Origin: Ignavibacteria bacterium
GTDB taxonomy: Bacteria > Bacteroidota > Ignavibacteria > Kapaibacteriales > UBA2268
DNA: 64,000 nt
NCBI GenBank assembly: GCA_026416955.1
Contig: JAOAEE010000008.1
Span: 90,608 to 154,607, forward strand
Direction: 5' to 3'
The translations under genes were made by a program, and so were the position numbers. Shown here in pieces: positions 56,080 through 64,000 of this stretch. How positions within the stretch are numbered: the first letter of the stretch is position 1; each line of letters opens with the position of its first letter. A model generated the notes under the pieces. That model was not told where the DNA came from. It did not search any database and saw only the letters and a program-made list of their open reading frames with translations.

Positions 56080-56169
56080 GGAGAGGTGGCCGAGTGGCTG
56101 AAGGCAACGGTTTGCTAAACCGTCGTAGGGTTTAAAGCCCTACCGCGAGTTCGAATCTCGCCCTCTCCG
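56080..56169 (+). tRNA. tRNA-Ser (anticodon GCU), long variable arm, CCA not encoded
   Basis: GGAGAGGTGGCCGAGTGG...acggTTTGCTAAaccg (anticodon loop with GCT at 34-36). The long extra arm is GTAGGGTTTAAAGCCCTAC. T-arm is GAGTTCGAATCTC. The acceptor 3' strand CCTCTCC pairs with the 5' GGAGAGG. Total about 90 nt. Confidence 0.85.
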
Positions 56170-56192
56170 CTACATTTTATTAATCGATTGAA

Positions 56193-56621
56193 ATGTTAAA
56201 AGTAAACATTTATCCGACATTTATGGAAATTGTGAAGAAGCATTTAATTTTTATCTAACAATTTTTGGAAATGATTTTACCGCTTTTTCACTTTTCAAAG
56301 ATATCCCCCCAACAGTGCAGAGCATTATAAGCCAACAGAAAAAGAATTAATTAAATTTTACATATTGAATTACCGCTTGGGAAGGATTTTTCATTGATGG
56401 GTAGCGATACAAGTGGTTTATGGGGAAATGTAATTTTTGATAATAACTTTTCAATAAGTGTTATTACAGAAAGTGAAAAAGAAACTAAAAGAATATTTTA
56501 TTTGTTATCTGATGGTGGACAAGTAATTATGCCTTTGTCAAAAACCTTTTGGGGTGATTATTTTGGTATGGTTCGCGATAAATTTTCAATAACTTGGATG
56601 GTTTCGAATAAATCAAATTAA
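56193..56621 (+). pseudogene. PhnB/VOC-family (3-demethylubiquinone-9 3-methyltransferase-like domain) pseudogene, multiply frameshifted
   Basis: PhnB-like sequence lies in three different frames. MLKVNIY starts at ATG 56193. DIYGNCEEAFNFYLTIFGNDF...FKDIPP is in a second frame ending at a stop near 56340. ILHIELPLGKDFSLMGSD...DGGQVIMPLSKTFWGDYFGMVRDKFSITWMV is in the third frame (track ORF 56394..56621). The shifts fall near homopolymer runs (C6 at about 56306, A5 at about 56340). Confidence 0.45.
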
Positions 56622-56675
56622 ACAATATTTTATTCTTTCTTTAGGTGAAAACAAAATTAGTATCATAGTTCATTT

Positions 56676-58106
56676 CTAACCTTTTATGACAGCAAGTGGT
56701 TTCAATTTTGCTAAGGGTTTGGTTATCCTAAGGTTGTTTACTACTTCGACAACTGTTTCAACATCTTTATAAGCATCTGGTGCTTCTTCGGAGAGCGAAC
56801 TTAGGCTGGAAGTCTTAATAATTATCCCTTCTCTTTCTAAAGATTCTTTCAATTTGCGGGGGTCAATTTCGCTTTTTGCTTGGGACCGACTTTTTACTCT
56901 TCCAGCTCCGTGACAAGAACTTCCAAAAGAAAGTTCAAGAGAATTTTCAGAACCAAGGAGAATATAAGATGATGTTCCCATTGAACCTGGAACAAGAACT
57001 GGTTGTCCAATGTTTGCAAATTCTCCTTTAATATATTTTGCAGGGAAAGAACGAGTAGCACCTTTTCGATGGACTACCAATTGTTTTTTCTTACCTTTAA
57101 CAATGTGAGTTTCAAGTTTTGCAATGTTATGAGCCAAATCATAAAATAACTCGAATTTAAGTGGTTTGACTTTCTTGGAATAATTTTCAAGTATTTCCAT
57201 TATTTTATGTGCTATAAGTTGTCTGTTCACAAAAGCAAAATTAGCTGCTGAATTCATTGAATAATAATATTCCTGTCCCTCTTTGGATTTAAAAGGTGCA
57301 CAAGCTAAGCCGCGGTCTACTAATTGAATACCATATTTTTTAGAAACAGTTTGGTACTCTTTCGCGAAATCTGAACAAATTTGGTGGCCATAACCACGGG
57401 AACCAGTATGTATCCAAACCACAACTTGATTTTTAAATAGTCCTAAATTTGAACCCAATTCTTTGTCGAATATTTCCGAAACATACCCAATTTCTATAAA
57501 ATGGTTCCCAGAACCAAGACTTCCAATTTCAGAAATACCTCTTTCAATAGCTTTATCCGAAACACCATTTAAATCTTTAACAATAAGTTTACCTTTATCT
57601 TCAATATGTTCTTTCTCTTTTTCTGTGGCAAAACCATTTTTTATTGCCCAGTCTATACCTTCCGTAACTAATTTTTCGAACTCATTTTTGTTAATTTTTA
57701 TTAAACTTCCTTTTCCAGCTCCCAAAGGGATTGAATTGTAAATGTCGTTGACAATACTACCAAGAATTTTTTGAATTTCAACTTTATTCCAATTTGTGAG
57801 GTTTAATCGAATACCACAATTAATATCATAGCCAACTCCACCGGGTGAAATGATTCCCTCGTCGGCATCGAAGGCTGCAACTCCACCAATAGGGAAACCA
57901 TAACCTTGATGAATGTCGGGCATTGCAAGGGAATATCCAACAATTCCGGGAAGGGTAGCGACGTTAGTTAGTTGTTTTAAGCTGTCGTCCTTTTTCAAGG
58001 TTTCAATTTGAGAAGGATGGGCATAAAAACGTGCAGGGACAAGCATATTTTTATTTTCTTCTGAAGATATTTCGTAAATGAAATCATTTATTTGATTGAT
58101 TTTCAT
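56676..58106 (-). CDS. rtcB: RNA-splicing ligase RtcB
   Basis: 476 aa with RtcB motifs (PDIHQGYGFPIGGVAAFD, GVGYDINCGIRL, HTGSRGYGHQ, HGAGR). Confidence 0.9.
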   Translation of the reverse strand: MKINQINDFIYEISSEENKNMLVPARFYAHPSQIETLKKDDSLKQLTNVATLPGIVGYSLAMPDIHQGYGFPIGGVAAFDADEGIISPGGVGYDINCGIRLNLTNWNKVEIQKILGSIVNDIYNSIPLGAGKGSLIKINKNEFEKLVTEGIDWAIKNGFATEKEKEHIEDKGKLIVKDLNGVSDKAIERGISEIGSLGSGNHFIEIGYVSEIFDKELGSNLGLFKNQVVVWIHTGSRGYGHQICSDFAKEYQTVSKKYGIQLVDRGLACAPFKSKEGQEYYYSMNSAANFAFVNRQLIAHKIMEILENYSKKVKPLKFELFYDLAHNIAKLETHIVKGKKKQLVVHRKGATRSFPAKYIKGEFANIGQPVLVPGSMGTSSYILLGSENSLELSFGSSCHGAGRVKSRSQAKSEIDPRKLKESLEREGIIIKTSSLSSLSEEAPDAYKDVETVVEVVNNLRITKPLAKLKPLAVIKG

Positions 58107-58122
58107 AATCTAACTTCAATTA

Positions 58123-58518
58123 TTAAACATCAAAAACGATAGTTGTTTTAATTAAATTTTTTATTTTAATTATCTTTAAATTATGGAAAGTAGCAGATTT
58201 AATTAATAATTCTCTTTTATTTAATTTTTTAAAATAACATCTTGAGAATAAAGAATTAAATTTGATTGAAATATAGCAGTTTACTAAATAATAATTAAAA
58301 TCTAATTTATTTATAAGAAAGTTAAGCCAATTAACTAATAAGATTTCTTTATCACTTGCGTTATCTTTATATTTTACAATAAATAACTTGTCATCATTTG
58401 ATGTTTCAATCTTTGCTATTTGCATTAATCCAAGTGCAGCGTCGTAAAAGAGGCCTCGATAACTAGTCGATTCTATATATAAACCGATGTCTGCTGTATG
58501 TGAAATTTCTTGAAACAT
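58123..58518 (-). CDS. archease (RtcB activator)
   Basis: 131 aa. N-terminus MFQEISHTADIGLYIESTSYRGLFYDAALGLM is the archease signature. The C-terminus is ...IKSATFHNLKI...IVFDV. It lies immediately upstream of rtcB. Confidence 0.75.
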   Translation of the reverse strand: MFQEISHTADIGLYIESTSYRGLFYDAALGLMQIAKIETSNDDKLFIVKYKDNASDKEILLVNWLNFLINKLDFNYYLVNCYISIKFNSLFSRCYFKKLNKRELLIKSATFHNLKIIKIKNLIKTTIVFDV

Positions 58519-58532
58519 AATCTTATTTTTTA

Positions 58533-59813
58533 TTATTTTTTTGCAATTTCATTGATCGAGTTTGCGAATCTGTCCAAGTCGTCTTCAGTTGTGTATAGAT
58601 GTGGAGTTACTCTTATTCCACGAATATTTTCCCAATTAATTGCAACTGTAAATATTTTGTATTTAGAGAAAAGTATATCCGAAACTTCCTCAGGTTTTTT
58701 ATCTTTTATCGCAAAAAGACCTAGACCACAAGAAAATTCCTTATTAATTGGAGTAAAAATTTCAATATTAGGATTTTTACTTATCTGAGTAATCCAGTAA
58801 TTTTTCAAATATCTTAATCTTTCTTCTTTTCTTTTTGCTCCAATTAAAAGATGGAAATTAATTGCGTCGGCTATCGCCATTTCGGCGGGAAAAGAACGTG
58901 TTCCTAGTGCTTCGAATTTTCTGATATCATCACTATTTGGATTGTCGTTGGGGAATAGAGGAGGAATTTCTTTGATGAGTTCCTTTCGAATATATAACAT
59001 ACCAGTTCCAAAAGGTGCACAGAGCCACTTATGTAAACTTGTAGCAAAAAAATCACAGTTTAAATCGGGTATTTTGAAATTAATATGCGCAAAGGTATGT
59101 GCTCCATCCACTAAAACATATATACCTCGGTCTTTTGCTTCTTTCGCAATCTCGCGGACTGGCAAAATTTGCCCGTTCCAGTTAATCATATGGGTTAAGT
59201 TTACAACCTTGGTTTTTGAAGTGAATTTAGAAACAAAAGCATTGACCAAGTAGTCCAAATTCTCAGAAGGTAATTTCAAGTCTACCCAAACCAATTTAAT
59301 ATTATCTCGTTTTTCTCTATATTTCCAAGCATTTATAACATTTGGATAGTCTTGCTTTGCTAAAATAACTTCGTCTCCTTGATTTAATTTTAACCCAAAA
59401 ATAATAGTATCCATTCCTTCGGTGGTATTTCTGTTGATTGCAATTTCTTCATTGCTACAACCAGCCAGTTCAGCAAGTTTTTTTCGCATAGGTTCACGAC
59501 CTTGGTCGAGAATTCTCCACATAAAATAAGCTGGTCCTTCATTGGAAAGCTGGTTGTATCTTACAAAAGCATCTTGGACCGGCTTGGGTTGTGGGCTGAC
59601 ACCTCCGTTGTTCAAATTAAGTATGTTAGGCGAGACGGTAAATGCTTGTTTAATCCAATACCAAAACTCGTTTGGATTTTCTAAGTCGTTTGAATATTTC
59701 TCGATTTTGGAAACTAAGTCTGAGTTTTTTATTTTCCCAAACAATTCGGAAAAGGGAAGCAACATACCCAAAGCTCCAATAGATTTCATTAATTTTCTTC
59801 TTGATATTCTCAT
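58533..59813 (-). CDS. class V aminotransferase-fold PLP enzyme (isopenicillin-N epimerase/cysteine desulfurase-like) with Tat signal peptide
   Basis: 426 aa with a Tat-type N-terminus (MRISRRKLMKSIGALGMLLPF). AAT_V fold with a PLP-lysine context (ATSLHKWLCAPFGTGMLYI). Confidence 0.7.
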   Translation of the reverse strand: MRISRRKLMKSIGALGMLLPFSELFGKIKNSDLVSKIEKYSNDLENPNEFWYWIKQAFTVSPNILNLNNGGVSPQPKPVQDAFVRYNQLSNEGPAYFMWRILDQGREPMRKKLAELAGCSNEEIAINRNTTEGMDTIIFGLKLNQGDEVILAKQDYPNVINAWKYREKRDNIKLVWVDLKLPSENLDYLVNAFVSKFTSKTKVVNLTHMINWNGQILPVREIAKEAKDRGIYVLVDGAHTFAHINFKIPDLNCDFFATSLHKWLCAPFGTGMLYIRKELIKEIPPLFPNDNPNSDDIRKFEALGTRSFPAEMAIADAINFHLLIGAKRKEERLRYLKNYWITQISKNPNIEIFTPINKEFSCGLGLFAIKDKKPEEVSDILFSKYKIFTVAINWENIRGIRVTPHLYTTEDDLDRFANSINEIAKK

Positions 59814-59872
59814 AATATTCTTTATTACTTTTAAATTATTAATTTAATAAATTTATTTTTATTAACTTATTT

Positions 59873-60808
59873 ATGATTGACTTATTGATTATTACTTATA
59901 ATGGAAGGGAGTTTACAAAAAATGCAATAACCAGTGCAATTTCAAATACTGTTAAACCACAAAAGGTAATTTTAGTCGATAACAATTCTACTGATGGTAC
60001 AGTCCAATACATAAAAGATAATTTTGATTTTGTAGAAATCATTTCCCTTCCTTACAATGCTGGTTATGGAAAGGCTATTAATATAGGAATGAAAAGTGCT
60101 GTTTCACCTTTTGTTGTTGTATCGAATAACGATGTAATTTTTCCCGATAACTTTTTCGAGAAGCTTATAGCTTCTTTAAAACAACTGGATAATAATACAG
60201 GAGTTCTTGGGGTTCAACAATTGTTTCCCGATGGTAGTTTTCAAAATTCGTATGGTAGATTTCACAATATTATTGGCGGATTCCTTGACATTTGTTTTTT
60301 TTCAGTCTTAGAAATTCGTTTTAAAAAGATAATTTGGAAATTTGGACTAAATAAAAAAGTCAAAAAAGTCGGCTATGTTGATGGTGCCCTTTTATGCATC
60401 AACAAAACAGCTTTCGAAAAAGTTGGTGGTTTTGATGAAAACTTTTTCTTTTATTCAGAGGAGGTAGACCTTTGTAAAAGAATGCAAAAATCTGGTTTCA
60501 AAATACTTTTCGACCCTAATATTGAAGTCATACATTACAGAGGGCAAGGAATAAAAAATAATATAGGATTGAGCGAAAACAAAGTTGATTTATTTGTAGA
60601 ATCTAGGATAAAATATTGTAGAAAACATCTTTCAGATTTAGAGACAAAGATTTACATTTTGTTGGAAGCAATTTTCTACCAAGAACTTGGCATTTTACAC
60701 TTCTTGAAACGGTTAATAAAAGCGAATTCCAATCGGGATAATTCTAAAATTTGTTTCTTGATTTCAAAAAGGTTTTTTGGAGAATTAAAAAACAACATCA
60801 ATTTTTAG
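59873..60808 (+). CDS. family 2 glycosyltransferase
   Basis: 311 aa with GT2 N-terminal motifs (LIITYNGREF...VILVDNNSTDGT...SNNDVIF) and a DxD-like element. Confidence 0.7.
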   Translation: MIDLLIITYNGREFTKNAITSAISNTVKPQKVILVDNNSTDGTVQYIKDNFDFVEIISLPYNAGYGKAINIGMKSAVSPFVVVSNNDVIFPDNFFEKLIASLKQLDNNTGVLGVQQLFPDGSFQNSYGRFHNIIGGFLDICFFSVLEIRFKKIIWKFGLNKKVKKVGYVDGALLCINKTAFEKVGGFDENFFFYSEEVDLCKRMQKSGFKILFDPNIEVIHYRGQGIKNNIGLSENKVDLFVESRIKYCRKHLSDLETKIYILLEAIFYQELGILHFLKRLIKANSNRDNSKICFLISKRFFGELKNNINF

Positions 60809-60824
60809 AACAAAAAAATTTTGA

Positions 60825-61091
<267 letters not shown>

Positions 61092-61117
61092 AATCCAGTT
61101 CTATAAACTAAGATAAA

Positions 61118-61150
61118 CCCAGAGATTTTTCTCTGGGTTTTTTTATTTTT
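61118..61150 (+). terminator. rho-independent terminator after ferredoxin
   Basis: CCCAGAGA-TTTT-TCTCTGGG is a perfect 8-bp stem, followed by TTTTTTTATTTTT. Confidence 0.75.
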
Positions 61151-61198
61151 AAACTTAACTAATTTTCCTTCGTCTAATTAATTTAATGCGGAGGCAAA

Positions 61199-64000
61199 AT
61201 GAAAAAAATATTTATCTATTTGATAATACTATTTACTTCCACTTCTTTTTTATTAAGCCAATTTGGAAAAAATAAGGTTCAATATCAAAAATTTCAATGG
61301 AGATATATTCAAACAAAACACTTTGATGTTTTTTTCCACGACAACAATAAAACACTTGCAATTTTTACTGGTATTGTAGCAGAACAATCTCTTGAATCAA
61401 TTCAAAAAACCTTAAAATATAAAATTTCTCAAAGAATACCAATTATTGTTTACAATAGTCATAATCAGTTTCAACAGACTAATGTTATAGATATGTATCT
61501 ACCAGAAGGAATCGGGGGAGTAACAGAATTGTTTAAAAATAGGGTAGTGCTTCCCTTTGAAGGAAATTATGAACAATTCAGACACGTAATCCACCACGAA
61601 TTAGTCCACGCTGTGATTAATGACTGGTTTTATGGTGGAACATTTCAATCAGCTGTATCCAGAGGCAATATGGTTGAAATTCCTTTGTGGATGCACGAGG
61701 GACTATGCGAATGGGAAAGTATTGGAGGAATGGATATTACAACCGATGTTTACATCCGAGATTTGACACTAAGCGAAAATTTACCAGACCTAAATAATTT
61801 GGATGGCTATAATGCTTATCGTGGTGGTCAAACTTTCTGGTGGTTTGTAAGCGAAAGATATGGGAAACATAAAATTCCGGAATTGTTGAACAAACTTAAA
61901 TCGACAGGAAGTGTAGAAAACGCTTTTAAGGCAACTTTTAATATGAAGTTAGAAGATTTTTCAAACGAATGGAAAAAGTTTTTGAAGAAATATTATTTTC
62001 CCGATATTGATAAATTCAATTATCCATCAGACTTTGCAATAAAAATTACTGACCACAAGAAAAAAAGGAATTTTTACAATACTTCACCAGCGATTTCACC
62101 CCAAGGAGATAAAATAGCTTATATTGCAGATAAGGATGGTTTGTTCTCACTCTTTATTTATGATATCGACAAAAATAAAAACGTTGAAGTTGTTTCGAGT
62201 TTTAGGCAACAAGATTTCGAGGAATTAAATGTTCTTACACCCGGAATTTCTTGGAACCCCGATGGTAACAAGTTGTCGATCTCTGCAAAATACCGTGGGG
62301 AAGATGTAATTTATATTGTAGACGCAAATTCGAGAGAGTTTGAAAGAATAAATTTAGGTTTTAAACAAATTTCATCTGTTTCCTGGTCGCCCAAAGAAGA
62401 TTTAATTGCTTTTTCCGCAACAGAATTAGATAGGAAGGATATTTTTTTATATAATCTCCAATTAAAAACCATTACTCGACTTACAAATGATGTTTTCTAT
62501 GATGATTATCCAATTTGGGCAAATGATGGAAAAAGCATTTATTTTATTTCCAGTAGGGGCCAAAACTTAAATAATAATTTAGATTCAACGATAACTTTTA
62601 AACCTTGGGTAATTAATAACTCGATGCGTGACATTTACAAAATTGATTTGTTAAGCAGAAAAATAACAAGGTTAACTTTTAGTCCCGATTTCAATAAAAC
62701 AAGCCTTGCTATTAGTGGGGATGATAAATATCTATATTTTGTCGCTGATGATAATGGAATTGGAAATATTTATAGACTTGACCTTTCTACAAATCAAATC
62801 AAACCAATAACCAACTCATTATCCAACATTACTCAAATTTCACACTCAAAAATTTCTGAAAACTTAGTTTTTTCTGCTCTTACCGAAGGTGGATTTGATA
62901 TTTTTATGCTAAAAAATCCCTCTGCAATAGAATTAAAAAGTGATACTTTACCCTTGACTAAGTTCCGTTCGTCCCAAATTGAAAGCCGTAAACCAGAAAA
63001 AAATGTTTTCGATAGTACTTTCGAAATAACACAAGATACCACAAATATCAATATTTCATATGGAAAATTCAAGGTAGACTTTTCACGGCAAAGTATGGTG
63101 AAACCAAATAAAGACGTGAAAATTCATTTACAAAATTTCTCTCAAGGATATAGTTTCTCCGATAGTGACTTTGTTGATTATGAATATAAATTAAAGTTCA
63201 CACCTGACCTGATATTGGGTAACCCTTATTACGATTCCTTTTGGGGCTTCCAAGGATTGGCACAAATGTTGTTTAGTGATATCCTTGGAGACCATCAAAT
63301 TTATTTGGCAGCTAACTTATGGCTCGACTTAAAGAATAGCAATTTTTATTTGCAGTATTCTTATTTGCCTAACACTATTGATTACCACTTTTCTGCTTTC
63401 CAAAGTTCGATTCTTTTCTCGATGTGGAATAACAATATTTTTGGCTACGAAAGCTTTAGGCTAAGGAATTATGGGGTTGGTTTTACCTCGTCCTATCCTT
63501 TAAGTTTATTTAATAGATTTGAAATGAACATTATTCTTTTTAATGCATCAAAAGAAAATATTTCTAATTTGTATGAACCTTCGGTTTCTAAAGTCATCTT
63601 GTTCCCATCAATAAAATATGTCTATGATGATGTGATTTTTGGTTCATTTGCCCCTGAAAGAGGTAGTAGGTATTATGTAGAATTTCGTGCTGTACCAAAG
63701 ATTTTTACCAACTCGATTAACTTTTTTACCTTAAAGTTTGACTACCGAAAGTATTGGGATTTCGGGTATTTCCTAAAACTTGCAGTTCGTGGCATTGGTG
63801 CGACAAGTTTTGGTTCGAACCCACAAAGATTTTATCTTGGTGGTGTTGATAATTGGATTAATTATCGAGTTAATACTGAAAATTTTCTTTTTGAAAACCC
63901 AGAAGATTTTGCTTTTATGGAGTTGATAACGCCATTACGAGGCTGGGGGTATAGTGATGGAGTAGGAAATCACTTCCTTGCCTCGAATATTGAACTTCGT
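61199..64000 (+). CDS. large secreted protein: HExxH zinc-peptidase-like domain, PD40/TolB-like beta-propeller repeats and a putative C-terminal outer-membrane beta-barrel; 3'-partial (runs off the window)
   Basis: ATG at 61199 with a signal peptide (MKKIFIYLIILFTSTSFLLSQ). No in-frame stop was found before the window end, and the ORF is absent from the track because it is unterminated. HExxH motif is VIHHELVHAV...WMHEGLCEWES. PD40-like repeats are SPQGDKIAYIADKDG, ISWNPDGNKLSI, VSWSPKEDLIAF and IWANDGKSIYFIS. Aromatic-rich alternating C-terminal segments are present. Confidence 0.55.
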   Translation, partial: MKKIFIYLIILFTSTSFLLSQFGKNKVQYQKFQWRYIQTKHFDVFFHDNNKTLAIFTGIVAEQSLESIQKTLKYKISQRIPIIVYNSHNQFQQTNVIDMYLPEGIGGVTELFKNRVVLPFEGNYEQFRHVIHHELVHAVINDWFYGGTFQSAVSRGNMVEIPLWMHEGLCEWESIGGMDITTDVYIRDLTLSENLPDLNNLDGYNAYRGGQTFWWFVSERYGKHKIPELLNKLKSTGSVENAFKATFNMKLEDFSNEWKKFLKKYYFPDIDKFNYPSDFAIKITDHKKKRNFYNTSPAISPQGDKIAYIADKDGLFSLFIYDIDKNKNVEVVSSFRQQDFEELNVLTPGISWNPDGNKLSISAKYRGEDVIYIVDANSREFERINLGFKQISSVSWSPKEDLIAFSATELDRKDIFLYNLQLKTITRLTNDVFYDDYPIWANDGKSIYFISSRGQNLNNNLDSTITFKPWVINNSMRDIYKIDLLSRKITRLTFSPDFNKTSLAISGDDKYLYFVADDNGIGNIYRLDLSTNQIKPITNSLSNITQISHSKISENLVFSALTEGGFDIFMLKNPSAIELKSDTLPLTKFRSSQIESRKPEKNVFDSTFEITQDTTNINISYGKFKVDFSRQSMVKPNKDVKIHLQNFSQGYSFSDSDFVDYEYKLKFTPDLILGNPYYDSFWGFQGLAQMLFSDILGDHQIYLAANLWLDLKNSNFYLQYSYLPNTIDYHFSAFQSSILFSMWNNNIFGYESFRLRNYGVGFTSSYPLSLFNRFEMNIILFNASKENISNLYEPSVSKVILFPSIKYVYDDVIFGSFAPERGSRYYVEFRAVPKIFTNSINFFTLKFDYRKYWDFGYFLKLAVRGIGATSFGSNPQRFYLGGVDNWINYRVNTENFLFENPEDFAFMELITPLRGWGYSDGVGNHFLASNIELR

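Noticed and set aside
56080-56675. tRNA-Ser plus adjacent pseudogene as an integrated mobile element
   Set aside because: No integrase, recombinase, att-like direct repeat of the tRNA 3' end, or phage/ICE genes are visible within the window. Kept only as a possible relic, noted in the pseudogene finding.
62833-63072. 79-aa minus-strand ORF
   Set aside because: It lies inside the long uninterrupted + strand ORF starting at 61199, which has peptidase/PD40 homology. It is a shadow ORF.

Overview
This is a gene-dense, low-GC window (about 30-35% by eye) from a Gram-negative genome of the FCB group. Taxon markers are LPS genes (waaA, lpxB, an msbA-like exporter), several large secreted proteins with type-IX-secretion C-terminal sorting domains, and a classical flagellar stator pair (motA/motB). 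Together these suggest an Ignavibacteria/Chlorobi-like lineage, held with low confidence. About 47 protein-coding genes are supportable, nearly all tightly packed with overlapping or abutting start and stop codons. Confidently named housekeeping genes include ppk1, lpxB, queG, prmA, ppx/gppA, asd, a PduO-type adenosyltransferase, fbp, rlpA, a GH57 glucan enzyme, recJ, rsgA, rpmB, rtcB with archease, and one tRNA-Ser(GCU). No transposases, integrases or CRISPR arrays were seen. The most unusual content is listed below.
- A 1110-aa protein fusing a RecB/Cas4-type PD-(D/E)xK nuclease to an Upf1/Dna2-like SF1 helicase. It is translationally coupled to recJ and resembles Nhi/Dna2-like single-protein nucleic-acid immunity or repair enzymes.
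- A 928-aa fusion of a PEP-utilising ATP-grasp domain (PPDK_N) with a C-terminal Pol-beta-type nucleotidyltransferase.
- A receiver domain fused to a degenerate HD-GYP output domain, apparently co-transcribed with motAB.
- A multiply frameshifted PhnB/VOC-family pseudogene beside the tRNA-Ser.
- A Tat-signal PLP enzyme in an operon with archease and rtcB.
- A perfect 16-bp palindrome in the divergent recJ/rsgA promoter.
- Three very large secreted repeat proteins (Asp-box beta-propellers with FN3 or Ig-like arrays and T9SS C-terminal domains; an HExxH plus PD40 plus putative beta-barrel protein).
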